A stretch of DNA of 64,000 nt from Dendronephthya gigantea (Eukaryota). The position numbers and the translations under genes were made by a program. The stretch is taken from the NCBI RefSeq assembly GCF_004324835.1, contig NW_021163026.1:2163271-2227270 (forward strand), given 5' to 3'. The notes below the pieces were generated by a model. It was given only the letters and a program-made list of their open reading frames with translations, was not told the DNA's origin and made no database searches. This document shows positions 13,362-27,110 of the stretch, in pieces; positions within the stretch are counted from its first letter, which is position 1; each line of letters starts with the position of its first letter.

Positions 13362-16300
13362 ATGTCTAGATTCTTCGCTGCTCGTTCATCTGGCAGCGAG
13401 GATGAATCAAGCGACGAAGCGCCAGTTGCTGTACCAAAACCAGCGCCCACAGTTGCTTCAAGGTTTGTTGAAAATCTACGTTTTATAATACTTCTGTGCA
13501 TGAGTCATATAAATATGACGAGTATTATAACGTAATGGATGAATGATTAATAAGGAGCACGTTTTGTTCATATTAAGCATAGTGTTTGCCTCAAAAACAA
13601 CAAATTACAGTATCAAATTTTAGTACAATTGTTGCACGTGATAGCTTGTATGAAATATAGCACTGGCAGACACGTGAAGGAGTTTATATTAGGTGAAATA
13701 AATATCCCAATGTGTTGCGAGGAAAAAATCAAATATCCTGCATGGTTTTGCGTTGTAAGCTATGAATATGGCAAGTTATTCTAGGTTTGGATGGGGTGAA
13801 GAATTATGCTGCATTGCCGCTTACCAAGATCCTCTTAACCGGAGTGTTTTTCACATTTGTCTCGGTTATCCGCAAGATGATTTGTTGTGTCCGATGCACA
13901 TGTTGCCATGCCATAAAACTGATCCCCCTCATAGGGCAGCTGTTTGTCATTTATGCCTCAACCAATATTTATGCCTCATCTAAATTCTTACAATTATGGC
14001 TAGTCTGTATCCTATGAGCTTTGCTAGTATGCCAGGCAGCAATTGTTTCCTGCTCACTAAGAGAAAACCTAACTCTGTGTGAAGGTTCTTCAACATTTGC
14101 TACACTGGAGGCCTATTTAGACTACACAATAAGTTGTATGCAATTATCATTCTGATGAATGCAAAAGAGGGCCTATGCCACAATCTTCATTCAGTTTTGT
14201 TCAGGTTTGAATTTAAAGTGTCACGTTTGTATGTGTGTTCATACGTTCACATATACCAGAGTACGAATCCTATGTGACAAAACGCATAGTGTAAATTGTC
14301 CTTAAATGATCCACCAGTGTGCTTATTTAATTCTCATAATCCTCCAATCAGGGCTCAGTTTCTGTTCAGTGACGAAGAAGATGAGGACACGAAACGCGTT
14401 GTCCGAAGTCAAAAAGACAAACGGTAAAAATGAGTTCACAACATTGGGCAGTGTGGAAAGGTTGGGAAAAGATGGCTTGGACACTGTTTTTATTGAATGG
14501 TTTTTATTTTTTTTATTTGCTGTAGATTTGATGAAATATCCAGCATTGCCAAGCAACTGAAAAATCACAAGAAAATCAAAGACATGTCCAAGATCCTGAC
14601 AGGTAAAGAGTAAAACCTCAATTGTAAATTTTAAAATCATATGCTGTAGAAATGTATACAAGATACATCTAAGCATGACAATATACCCATATTCAATGTT
14701 GCTTCATTCGCAGAGTTTGAAAATCTTGGTCGAGCATTCACGAAAGCAAAGAATGTAGTTGATAAGGAAGGAATTCCAACCACATTTATCAAATGTTTGG
14801 TGGAGTTGGAAGATTTCATCAAAGAGGTATAACACTCATTTAACAAAATTTTGCAGCCTAGGTTTTCCAGCCAGGGTTTCAACTGTGTAGGATTCAACCA
14901 TCTTTACCTGGATCACAAGTTTGCCACCAGGAATCATCGTCATATGTTCCATGTTAATCATTTGTTCTCTTAATTTTCATTGCAGAACTGGGAGGACACT
15001 GAAGGAAGAAAAAAGCTCAGCAAATTGAATGCCAAGGTCAGTGTAAAATCGTATGAATTACCGTATGACTCACTCTTGTTGATATGAATGAAAATCTGAG
15101 AAATGGGTATTTTTTTAGGCACTCACTGCTTTGAGGCAAAAGGTTAAGAAGTACAATAAGACATTTGAAAATGATATTGAGAAATACAGAGAGGTATGAA
15201 TGGAGTGGATTTGAAAAATAATGTTTCCTTTCTGGTGTTGTTAATTCATGAAATGTTGGTTGTTTTTAGAATCCACTCATCTCTGATGATGGTGAGGAAG
15301 AAGATGCTGGCAGATCAGGCAAGTGTTATAAATGGTTTGAATTGTTTTATTATTAAACAAGCCACCAGAAACCACAGATTAATAATGAAAAATCATGAAT
15401 ATTCATCATTTTACAATTCTGACAGATGATTCAGATGAGGATGATGACATCGTCTTGAAAAAACCTGAACCACAAGCTGCTAAACAAAAAGCAGATAAAT
15501 TTGAGGTATGCTGTTTGTGATATGGGGGCATTTGGTATTATCCCCACCCCTCTCAATGGGTAGCCCCTTGCCTCTTAAGAATTACCCTCATTTCAATGAA
15601 CAGTCTGTCTGCTAAGAACTGTGTTTGTTATGACAGGATTCAGACAGTGAATTTGATGATATGGACAGCGATGTTGAAACAGACAGCAGCAGTGATAGCG
15701 ATCTTGATATCCCTCAAGGGGGGAAAGTTACTGCTGCCATGTTCTTGAAGAGGTATAAACATCTTCAGTAAGGATCATCTCTTATTGATCCAGTTTTACT
15801 ACAGGACTTGATAACTGTATCAGTTCTAAAACTGTTCTTCCTAGAGGTCCAGTAAGGATCATCTCTTATTGATCCAGTGTTACTACACGAGGAAACCTAA
15901 ACTAAACTAACTTTATTTATACTAGATAGTTCTATCAGTTCTAAAACTGTTCTTCCTAGAGGTCCAGTAAGGATCATCTCTTATTGATCCAGTGTTACTA
16001 CAGGAGGAAACCTAAACTAAACTAACTTTATTTATACTGGATAACTCTATCAGTTCTAAACTGTTCTTCCTAGAGATCCAGTAAGGATCATCTCTTATTG
16101 ATCCAGTGTTACTACAGGAGGAAACCTAAACTAAACTAACTTTATTTATACTGGATAGCTCTATCAGTTCTAAAACTGTTCTTTTTAGAGGTCCAGTAAG
16201 AATCATCTCTTATTGATCCAGTGTTACTACAGGAGGAAACCTGAACTAAACTAACTTTATTTATACTGGATAGTTCTATCAGTTCTAAACTGTTCTTCCT

Positions 16301-19300
16301 AGAGGTCCAGTTAGGATCATCTCTTTTTGATCCAGTGTTACTACAGGAGGAAAACTCATACCATATCTATTTGTAGTTTTACTGCAGTAGGAAAAATAAC
16401 CTGAACTTGTTTTACTTCTGTGTTTCTCAGAGAACGGGATGAAGATGAAGAGAAAACTAAAGAGAAGAAACTTGAAAAGGAAAGACAAAAAAAACGCAGA
16501 CAAAAAGTGAAAGAAGATCAAGAAGAAGAGGATGAAGGAGAGGAATGGGAGCAAGTCAAATCATCTCACACCATTGTACGTGTTTGTTTCACGTTTTTTG
16601 TTTTATTTTCCTGACATATTTCTCAACGTCATCGTCTTCTGTTTTCAGGAGAAGACCAGAGCATTGTTTGCCAAAGACACAGAGATAAATCACGCCGTTA
16701 TTCTCAAGAAATTGCACGAGATTTTAGGAGCTCGTGGAAAAAAGGTTGGTTTTGTTGTGAGTTGATCTGCTGATCCTACAGGAACGATAGCGTCTCTTAA
16801 ATTATTTTGCTTTGTGTTTAGGGAACTGACAGAACAGACCAAATTGAGTACCTCAAGGATTTAAGAAAGATTGCAGAGAAAAACAACCTAGGTTAGTCTT
16901 TGAAATCAAGCTTTATTCTTCAGTATTTCAGGATTAGGGATTAATTTATTCTTCAGTATTTCAGGATTAGGGATTAATTTATTCTTCATTATTTCAGGAT
17001 TAGGGATTAATTTATTCTTCAGTATTTATGGATTAGGGATTAATTTATTCTTCAGTATTTCAGGATTAGGGATTAATTTATTCTTCAGTATTTATGGATT
17101 AGGGATTAATTTATTCTTCAGTATTTATGGATTAGGGATTAATTTATCCTTTAGTATTTATGGATTAGGGATTAATTATCCTTTAGTATTTATGGATTAG
17201 GGATTAAAAACCAACCAGAATCCAGGATTTATATCATTTTCTTGCCTTCCTCAGGTGTTGCAATGAGCATCAAGATCATGTTCAACATTATTGCATCCAT
17301 CTTTGATTACAACCCAAATGCAGCCACTTGTATGAAACCAGAAATGTGGAAAAGGTATGAGAGAGTCGACAGAATATAATGCTTACTGTATATTTCACGC
17401 TTGAATAAAACTAATTTTGTTTTACTGCTCAGCTCAGGTAATTTGATTTAGTGTTCTTCCTGCATGGTGATTCTGTAGCATTCCCTCGCATCTTTAGGCT
17501 TTGAGTTTGAACGTTGTGGTTATTTGCAGTATTTAGTAATATCCTGGCTTCTGTCTGCTTCATTTCAGTTGTCTGGAATACGTGAATGAATTGTTGATAA
17601 AACTCGTGGATAATCCTAACGTCACTGTGGGAGAAAACATCGCAGAAGATGCTGAAAATTTGGAGGTAACTTGAATTGAACAGGGGCCGGTTGTATCAAA
17701 CCCGTTTATCTAAAGGCCCTGTTACACGGTGCAATTTTTCCTGCAACTTGCAATGCAATTCTTCTTTTGAGGGATGTAAATTTGGCAACTACCAAACTTT
17801 CGTCTTTCTTACACTCCATGGCGTTTACTATGTATAGAAGTTTGCCCTGTCCTAATGCGCGTTTTTTTTCTAGGATGCGGACGCTGGGTTCAAAATTCGC
17901 GGTTGCATTTTGATCGCAATCGAGAGAACTGACGATGAATTCACAAAGATGTTACAAGGATGTGATTGTCATTCCACTGAGTATGTTGAGAGGTAAGCTG
18001 ACATAATTGAAGGATGAATTGTTTTCAGAGTGAAACCTATTCTTAGACCCCATTTTTCGGCCAATTCGACCATGGTCGAATTCGTCATTTTCCGGTAAAT
18101 TCATCCCTGCATTATGTGTAAATCTCTGATGATGTGTGATCAGGTATATCCATCATTTTCCTCCAGGTTGAAAGATGAGATTACTATGACCTTATTGATC
18201 AGCAGAGTTATGAAATATCTTGAAGACCACGATGCTGCTCCCAGCATGATCTGCAGAGTTTATCTCAGATTTATTGAACACATTTACTATAAGGTTAGTC
18301 AAAAGTAACTAGAATTTCCACCGTGTTTTTCCCTGATGCATTGCCAGGCACCCCGACGAGATTTCAAGGACAATTATCCTCGGGAAAGAGGGAGGTAGGA
18401 TAGATTGCTAGAGAGGAGAGAGAAGGGGGTTTTGTTACTGAAATACTTACCTCCAGCCTTATCCCCCCACAGCTTGACATGGTTCGTATGAAGGAAATGA
18501 GCGAGGAAAGGAAATTGAACAAAACTTCAGACGAAGAGGAAGTGTCAGTAGATCAAGCGGCAGCATCGACAGCCTCTCAGATGGAGGGAATGTGTCAGTT
18601 CATTTACTCCAAAGACGACTCGAACCGTATCAGGACCAGAGCGATGTTATGTCACGTTTATTTCCTCGCTCTGCATGATCGCTGGTACGAGGCACGTGAT
18701 CTCATGCTGATGTCACATTTGCAGGAGAATATCGGGCACTCTGATATACCCACACAGGTAGGTGGAATACTAATGACGACATTTTTGAACGGACTATCGT
18801 CACGTTGTTGGTTAAACTTAAACCTTTGTGTAGATTTTGTACAACCGTACCATGGTACAGCTTGGTCTGTGCGCGTTCCGTCATGGTATGATCAAAGACG
18901 CACACAACGCCTTACATGACGTACAGTCAAGTGGCAAGGCTAAAGAACTTTTGGCGCAGGTCAGTAGAAGATTTCAAACACATTCACTGTAAACACTGAT
19001 CCCTGGTCTTACTGCATTCATCATATGATAATAGGATCATCTCCAGAATCCACGGATATAATCCCAACTTTAATCCTAAGTCTTAGCCTAAGCCTTACCC
19101 AAGTACTATCCTTAAATGATTAGATTGAGGATTAGATTAAGGATGATCATATTCCTGGATTCTTGGCTTGGAATTATTACTACTTACTGTGTTTCACCCT
19201 ATCATTTGTTACCATTCCTATTATTAAAGCGATGTCTTTCCTCTTGTTTCTCCAGGGTCTAATGCAGCAGAGACAACACGAGAGGAATTTGGAACAAGAA

Positions 19301-21364
19301 AAAATTGAACGGCGAAGATTGGTATGTGTGCACGTGTTGGTCATGTATTGAGATGCAATATAGAGGAAAATGACGAATGTTTGAGACGGAATTTGCTAAG
19401 AGTATTTCCACGAGGAGCTCATGATCAACTGTCATCTTTTGCTTAAAGGAAAAAGAGCCTGTATGAGTGTTGACAAGCATGAGTATTCCATGAGTACCTC
19501 CTCAGCTGTCATTTCTTTTTTCCATGAAAAAAGCTTGTGATGAGAGTTGGCAAGCGGCAATATTCATGAGTGTCTTCTCCTGTAAACTGTCAGTACTGAC
19601 CCTTGGAACAAAGCATGCATGAATGTCCATTGAGATTCATCCTCGTTTGACCTGAGCCTTGTTTAACCTAAGTTTTGTTTGACCTCAGCCTGTCCATTGA
19701 GACTCAGCCTTGTTTGACTTCAGCCTTGTTTGACCTCAGCCTGTCCATTGAGGTTTTTTTTCGTTTTGTGAAGGTGCCATTCCACATGCATATTAACCTG
19801 GAACTGCTGGAGTGTGTCTACCTCACCTCAGCGATGTTGCTCGAGATTCCTCATATGGCAGGTGAGTGGGAACATGTGGAACATGCTGGGATATTTTTTA
19901 AGCCAATGATGTTTCTTACGATTGTTTTTTTTGTTTTAGCACGAGAGTTTGAGCATCGTCGACGTATGATTAGCAAGAGTTTCCATCATCAACTGAAACT
20001 GAGCGATAGACAGCCTTTAGTAGGTCAGAAGAATACACAACTATTGCTTCTTATCATCCATCAATATCCATCATCAACCTCTATCATCACCATATATCAT
20101 GTAGTATCCATTAACACCATCATTATGTATAAGATTCATTACCCATCGTTATCCATCATCATCTATTGCTATCCATCATCATCATTATATATCATCACCC
20201 TGTACCATTCCATCCCCATTCTTCATCTTATGAATACGTCCTAAATATTTAGGTCCACCTGAGAGCATGCGCGAACACGTTGTAGCCGCGTCGAAAGAAA
20301 TGAGCAAAGGAAATTGGCGCGAGTGTGCCGACTTTATTCTGGCCGTTAAGGTAAGTTCTACGATGAGAAAAATTATCATGTTGGTGTCAAAAATATTAAC
20401 AGATATTTCTTTCAATGCAAGGTGTGGAACTTATTCGACCAGGCCGAGGAAGTGAAGAAGATGTTAAAAAGGTAAGTTGCCCTCCCTAGGAACGGCTGGG
20501 ATTGACCTCTCGATGCCTCGATGGATTTTCAAATGCATTCTTACACTTGTTTTCATGTGTGTTTAGAAAGATCCAAGAAGAATCACTCAGGACTTACCTT
20601 TTCAGCTACAACAGCGTGTATGATTCCATTAGGTAAAGAAACCATTTTGATCCAAACTCTCTTCATTGTTTCATCGTTCTCCCGTGCGTGAGGAGATATT
20701 GAGTTCCATATATTCTTGTACCTGAACCATCTCCTCTGTATTTAGTATGAATACTCTGGCTGCAATGTTTGAACTGGACCGTCCTGTTGTGCACAGCATA
20801 ATCAGCAAAATGATCATCAACAGCGAATTACAGGTACTGGGAAATTGTGATGTCTCTAGATCTTTACGTGTGTGTATCCAGTAGTTTGTTTGAACGACGT
20901 CTTTTCGTTTTTAGGCATCTTGGGACGAGCCAACCCAAACTGTGGTCATGCACCGTGGTGCTGAACCATCTCGTCTACAGAGCTTAGCACTGCAATTGGC
21001 AGACAAGGTAACACGAGGCCTGCATATTCACGTTTCCCTGCGATTTCAACCAAGTTAAATTTCATGTGTTTTTCTTCTTTTTAGATCAGCACTCTTGTTG
21101 ATAACAACGAACGAGTATTGGACACGAAACATCAATTTAACTATCGTGATCGACAAGGTAAACTACGAGAGAATACGAAAAGTTTAATGAAAGATACAAA
21201 ATGAAACACTGGAATAAAACATCACAAAACAGAATGTACATTACAGGCTATATTCAGGCTGGAATTAACGACAACTGCCTTTTTCTTGTGTCTTGAAATT
21301 TCATTTTAAATTCGTTGCAGGGCAAGGACGATACAGACCTCAAAGAAGTCAGCAAGTATATTAA
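13362..21364 (+). CDS. EIF3C: Eukaryotic translation initiation factor 3 subunit C (eIF3c, PCI-domain protein), 28 coding exons
   Basis: Exons, all GT-AG except one GC-AG: 13362-13462, 14352-14423, 14526-14602, 14714-14826, 14986-15036, 15119-15193, 15270-15318, 15426-15505, 15637-15752, 16431-16575, 16649-16744, 16822-16891, 17255-17354, 17569-17665, 17874-17992, 18167-18293, 18473-18757, 18834-18959, 19256-19321, 19774-19861, 19940-20023, 20253-20350, 20422-20471, 20567-20632, 20746-20833, 20915-21007, 21085-21157, 21321-21364. Phases are continuous and the total is 2649 nt, or 882 aa plus a stop. Motifs matching eIF3c include MSRFFA...[139 protein letters not shown] and the C-terminus [13 protein letters not shown]. 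Confidence 0.9.
15757..16350. repeat. Tandem array (about 5 units) of a 117-bp satellite-like repeat in the eIF3c intron between exons 9 and 10
   Basis: The unit is ggtccagtaaggatcatctcttattgatccagtgttactacaggaggaaacctaaactaaactaactttatttatactggata(g/a)ctctatcagttctaaa(a)ctgttcttcctagag. It contains an internal inverted repeat, GGATCA...TGATCC. Confidence 0.9.
16897..17215. repeat. Minisatellite of about 36 bp and roughly 9 units in an eIF3c intron
   Basis: The unit is ttattcttcagtatt(tca/tat)ggattagggattaattta. Related ggattag(g) motifs recur around 19060-19150, 31040-31200 and 31890-31960. Confidence 0.85.
19635..19760. repeat. Short degenerate tandem repeat (tgtttgacctcagcc / tgtccattgag) in an eIF3c intron
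   Basis: It reads gtttgacctgagccttgtttaacctaagttttgtttgacctcagcctgtccattgagactcagccttgtttgacttcagccttgtttgacctcagcctgtccattgag. Confidence 0.7.
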
Positions 21365-22594
21365 AGTTTTCGGATCAAGGACAATCACAAAGGCGGTATA
21401 CATAGTCAGAGTAATTGTAACTCGATAACAAGAGAGAAAATATTTAATAGGGACGTTACCGGATAGGAATACGAAAACGCACAAAAGCATTCAAAATCAC
21501 CAAATATAATCATCTCTATTCCGGACCTAATATAATACATTACATTCTAGATCCTGGGTATAGGAAGTTATTGAGGTTGGAGGGTCTGAGGTTTACCCCC
21601 TTCTTCCCCCGCTTCCTACGCCCTTGTTCTAGAATTTTTCTCTTTATTGGAAAATATTTAGTTTGAAAATAAAAATCCGCTTGTCATGGACACTGAAGTC
21701 TCGATATCAGTGCATATGCTAATTTTGCAGTTTTCTAATCAATGTTTACCGCAAATGCGTTTTGCCACGAGCTCCAATTTGTTCGGCGCCATTGGGTAAT
21801 GTTTTCGGATGTTTTCACGAATACGTAGACAGTTTGCTATCTCACAGTAGAGATTGTGGTAAAGAGGAACTCCTTCAAACCATCGAACTGATGAGATTTG
21901 AGGAAGCAAAACGTGACATATGTTATCAAAAACACTGTTTTTAAAAAGTACAGTTTTTCAGCTGTTCTTGAACTTTTGTGCTGCCCGAAATCTCAGTATT
22001 CTTGAAACTAACCACCATCTTGGACATGAATGTTATAATCTGTTCTGTACAGAAAGAAAAATGAGAATTATGCCGACCATCTGGCGAAATACCACATCTT
22101 CACTGCATGTCTGTGAAATTTGATCTAACTCTGATTAACTTCTGCCCATAACGTTCGGTATTAAGTAACCGCTAGATAAAAACGCGCCCAAAGCTAACGC
22201 ATAAATCGAAACTTGGCGCACTCGCCGCGATCTTTGAACAACGTGAAAAGTTGCACAAACGTGCGCGTCATGTCTATTTCTGCGTTTTAAAATGAAATGC
22301 GTGCGTCACCATGCGCTTAGCGTAGCGAAGTACCAACACCCTGTTGTATATGCCTAATATGGTCATGGAATGCATAATTTATTGAAATTGATCCATTGCA
22401 ATAAAACGGGATTTATATTCTGGCACTATTTTCCGGTGATTACAGCGAAATTATCTCGTGAAGTGATCTAAATTTTGAAAGGATAGTTGCATCGTGTGTT
22501 TGTCTTTTTGAGAGTTTGTTTTGGAAGGAAATCTGAGCGGCGAAAGCGGGATTATTTACATTTTTAGCGAAGCATCAAGAAGAACATTTCAGCG

Positions 22595-22607
22595 ATGGAC
22601 GATTTAG
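22595..22607 (+). CDS. PXN: Paxillin 13-nt first coding exon (MDDL plus 1 nt)
   Basis: The ATG at 22595 is followed by the donor G|GTGAGGTAC at 22608. The acceptor ttttttag|ACGCAC at 23485 restores [11 protein letters not shown], the canonical paxillin N-terminal LD1 motif. Confidence 0.75.
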
Positions 22608-25600
22608 GTGAGGTACTCGTTTGTAGTATTTTAATTCTGTGGACAATTTCGCCTCGATTTGGCCTCGTCTGTTTTTTAGATACAGGTGTTTCGCTTTCCA
22701 TTTGGGTTCCCATAGTGTCTACGTCTACATTATGCTCTCAACAAAACAAATATCTGCTTAACAATCCACCAAAATGTATACTTTACCAAATTCGGGCATC
22801 ACGACCGCCATTGCATCCTTGAAGCTATACCATGTACTTCGCCTGTAGTATTTATTTGTATTTTGCGAACTTGATATGGTCTGATAATGGCCTGCTTTGT
22901 TAGTTTGTCCTCAAAGATGTTCAATTGTGTGAATATGTAGTAGTTGACTGCTATTTTCCTGAGCAATCGAGCTGCTAAAATATTTGTATATTTATCAAAC
23001 ATCTTTCATTAAGTTTGCATTCCGTTTGCTGTTGTTGTTAAAATAAAAACCTCTCTGCCGAAAAAAACGCCCAAAATCCCCGTTTTAATGGTATTTCAAA
23101 CAGATTTAGAGCAATTTTGAATTCTTCTGCGGCAATATTCACAAAACGTTAGACGATATATGTTATAGAATCGACCGCGATAAATAATTCATGATGGCAA
23201 TTTATGTCAAATAGACTTTTCCCCTTGTCATTCTTAATCTATAAAAACATCAAAGTGTGTATTTATACACGTGAGGCAATGATATCTGTCGTTCAGACAC
23301 GAAACATTCACTGGTTTATATCTGAAACCAAAAAACTGTCTTGTACATCAAATCAATTTTGGTATTGTACTTGAAATTGTTGGCCCAATACGGACTTGTT
23401 TTCCGTGTATAAAACACATCAAAATGGCCGACGCAAGGCAGAGAGATTACTCCATGAAATTTAAAGAAAACATTGATTTTTTAGACGCACTTTTGGCCGA
23501 CTTACAAGCAATTCCAGTTAGTGGAGCGCAAAAGACAACGAGGGACCCAACAGATCCACCACCACCTTTGCCAAAGGAGAACGGAACGTCCAGACATACT
23601 GGCACAAGTTTAGGTTCAAATTTATCCGAATTAGATAGTCTCTTGGAAGATTTGAATACCACTACCACTCCGAAAGGTATCATCACCTATTTTAGATTAG
23701 AGTAAACTAGAAACCTTCACTTGTACCCAACAGCCGTTTGTATAATTTTTGGTCGATTGGGGCATTGATGAATTTGATGCCTATGTGAATATTTACAATT
23801 CCTGGTGTGTGAATCGATGCTTGTGTATTTTAAAAGCAGTTGGAACCCAAATATATGCCTTTTCTGGTTTGTTTCATAGCCACAACACTCCAGCGTAGTT
23901 GTAAAATATTTTGCATAGCACCTGCATGCAAAACATATTTTCCTGAAGGGTTTAAATTTCAGTTCACGCCCTCTGCAAATAGTCTGTTTCCCATATGCGA
24001 GTTGTTTTCATGAACTTGGGCGACGTTTTTAGAAATTCTGGCTGTTTGAAATAGCAGGAGAAATTTGCAAAGGTCATTTATAATTTGTTTATGTAACAGC
24101 AACACTGTATAAAGCCTTGCAGGCTGATAGGATTCCTCAACTGCAAAATAGGAAGTTGGATTATGATTATTGATAGTTGAGAGTCAATTAAGCAATCTTG
24201 AAAACTTGAATCTATTGCAAATAATTGCTTTGAGACATGTTGCAATTGGACCAAATTGGAAAATAATTTGCACTCATTTCATAATTGTGTTTAATTATTA
24301 TCTATGATCAGATTTAATTGCAGCTATTTTCTGTTTATAAGCAGTAATTATGATTGTAATTTTTAATCCAAATCTTTGCTGTAGCAACACTCTGTGTTAT
24401 TCTGCCTGTCATTGTAGACTGTTTCATATAAATCATTAGTTAGCAATGCACCTAGACATGTCCTAATTTAGAATTTCTCACTAGCTCAAAAGTGTCTAAT
24501 TGGAATTGCTTGTGATTCTATTTTAACAACCTTTTGGTACAGCCCAAAAATGGACACAATCCACCAGTGTTGTCCTGTGAAGATCAGCATGTGATGTATG
24601 TGTAAATATTTAGGAGGAAGTAACAGAAGCAGTGAAAATCGTTTGTCGGAGAACATCAACAATCCTCCTCAGCAGAATCGACCACCAGGTGGGTAATATG
24701 TATTTATACTAGAAATGACACAGACAGCAAGTGTTACTGACAATTGATAACTCAATAATACCTTACAGTATGTACCAAACAGGTGGGTTAAGTTTTTGAT
24801 GAATGTTTTATGATGTTACATAATTGTATTTGGACAATAATAGATCTTAGTCATGACTTGCAATGTGTTGATAAACCACAGGTTTTGAATGATAGGAAAC
24901 TCATTCTTTATTTCCTTCCTTGTGGTTTCTTTGGGAGGAATAGAGTAATTTGTTAAGTATTCAAAGATAAGGACCTTGAATCATCACCTTTTTTACCATA
25001 GGATATCACTAAAATTGGTTTTTGATAAACTTATCTTTTACTTTGCAAATTAGAAAATCTCTATCAGTGGTTAGCTAGATTTACCAGATATGTTACAGCT
25101 GTATTTCTAAGCATTAGTATTTTTTGTATAGTTGAATCACTGCTCAGTGAGCTTGACAATGCTGTCAGTAGCTCTCGACAACAGCCAAATGAACCTGAGG
25201 CATCAGTTCAAGATGTACCACCACCAAACAAGGCCTCATCCGCAACAAAGGAGCTCGACGACTTGATGGCATCTCTGTCTGACTTCAAGGTGAATGTTCA
25301 GACAGTTGGACCTGCTCAGCCTGTCAAGCACAGTGATGATTATGCAAAACCTCAGAGAGCTACCAGCTCAAATAAACCTGCCCAACAAGGTTAGTGTCTG
25401 ATCTATCTTGTGTGTACGTCACATAGAGTTTGGTGTTTATCAACTGCTGTAAATTAAAATAAGTCATATGTTTTTTATTTAACTTCAAATTGTATACTGC
25501 TTAAAACATACTTCTGGAGTATCTGTTTGTTGCATTAAAGTCATGGCTCCCCATTTTAGGAGGCCAGCCTATGAGAACAAGTCAACTAGACTCCATGCTT

Positions 25601-27110
25601 GGCAGTCTTCAATCTGATATGACCCGCCAAGGAGTGAGTACGGTCAAGAAAGGCACATGTGCGGCATGTAATAAGCCAATCATTGGCCAAGTTTGTACGG
25701 CTCTCGGCAAGACGTGGCATCCGGAGCATTTCACATGTGTTGCATGTGAGTTGCCCCTGGGCTCAAGAAATTTTTTCGAAAGAGAAGGCAAGCCATTCTG
25801 TGAGAAAGATTACCATGAATTGTATGCTCCAAGGTGTGCTTACTGTAATGGCCCCATTCTTGATGTAAGTAGACAAGCCTTTGTTCATTTTTTTAACCAA
25901 ATTGTGTTGCCTTTACTGTGTTTGAAGTATAGAAAAAACGTCTCAATCCAAGGACATTTATTGAGAGAGACAACTGTAATTAACACCTTTATGAACTTGT
26001 ACATTTTTTAAAGTTCTGCTATTTTATACTCATATTGTTATTATCGCATACTATATCACTACATAGAAATGTTTGTGAACTTTGACTCATAATTAATAAT
26101 TATAAATTAATAGATGATGTACATATTGGTTAACCTATCAGTTGATGAAAAAAAACTTGAACATTTTATTTTTAGTCATGTGTAACTGCTCTGGACAAAA
26201 CCTGGCATCAAGAGCATTTCTTCTGCCATCAATGTGGCAAACCCTTCGGAGATTCTGGCTTCCACGAGCGAGATGGCAAGCCTTTCTGCAGAGATGATTA
26301 CTTTGCTGCATTTGCTCCCAAATGTGGTGGCTGTGAGCAGCCCATCATGGATAATTATATTGCTGCTCTTGGCCAGCATTGGCACCCAGAGTGTTTCGTC
26401 TGCTATGTGAGTATATTCTTGTTTATAAAACTCTGTATGATTTAATGTGTACATTGAATTGTTCCAGTAAGGGCCAGTAAGGATCATCTCTTATTGATCC
26501 AGTGTTACTACAGGAGCAAACCTAAACTAAACTAACTTTATTTATACTGGATAACTCTATCAGTTCCAAAATGTTCTTCCTCGAGGTCCTTGATCCAGTG
26601 TTACTACAGGAGGAAACCTAAACTAAACTAACTTTATTTATACTGGATAACTCTATCAGTTCCAAAATGTTCTTCCTTGAGGTCCAGTAAGGATCATCTC
26701 TTATTCATTATTAATACTAGCTATTTTTATCAGATCTAAACTATAATACTAATAATATTATAATAAATGTCTTCTTCCTAATCTTATTGATGCGTTTAGT
26801 GGGTGGCATAATATGAATTACAAAAACATTTTGTTATTTCTAGGAATGCCATCAGCCGTTCCCAGGTGGCAGTTTCTTTGAGCACGAAGGAAAGCCTTAC
26901 TGCGAGATGCATTACCACTCAAAGCGTGGTACATTATGTTACAATTGCCAGAAACCTATCACGGGTCGCTGCATCACCGCAATGCATCGTAAGTTCCATC
27001 CAGAACATTTCATCTGCGCCTTCTGTCTGAAGCAGTTGAACAAGGGCACGTTTAAGGAACAAAATGATAAACCTTATTGTCATACTTGCTTCGTGAAACT
27101 CTTTGGTTGA
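22595..27110 (+). CDS. PXN: Paxillin-family focal adhesion adaptor (LD motifs and four C-terminal LIM domains), 7 coding exons
   Basis: Exons: 22595-22607 (ATG GAC GAT TTA G|GTGAGG), 23485-23676, 24614-24688, 25132-25389, 25560-25864, 26176-26406, 26844-27110. They total 1341 nt, or 446 aa. The spliced N-terminus is MDDL|DALLADLQ, the LD1 motif. Further LD motifs are [36 protein letters not shown] and [13 protein letters not shown]. The LIM domains begin [30 protein letters not shown]..., [19 protein letters not shown]..., [27 protein letters not shown]... and [30 protein letters not shown]... Confidence 0.88.
26466..26710. repeat. Two units of the same 117-bp repeat family in a paxillin intron
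   Basis: The same unit sequence as at 15757-16350, with minor substitutions. Confidence 0.9.

Noticed and set aside
18440-18452. atacttacct motif resembling the U1 snRNA 5' end
   Set aside because: It is only a 10-nt match inside an eIF3c intron and the downstream U1 sequence is not present.
24767-24780. Candidate 14-nt micro-exon (ttacag|TATGTACCAAACAG|gtgggt) in paxillin
   Set aside because: Including it breaks the phase between exon 24614-24688 (phase-1 out) and exon 25132-25389 (needs phase-1 in). Skipping it gives ...[14 protein letters not shown]..., a clean LD-motif reading.
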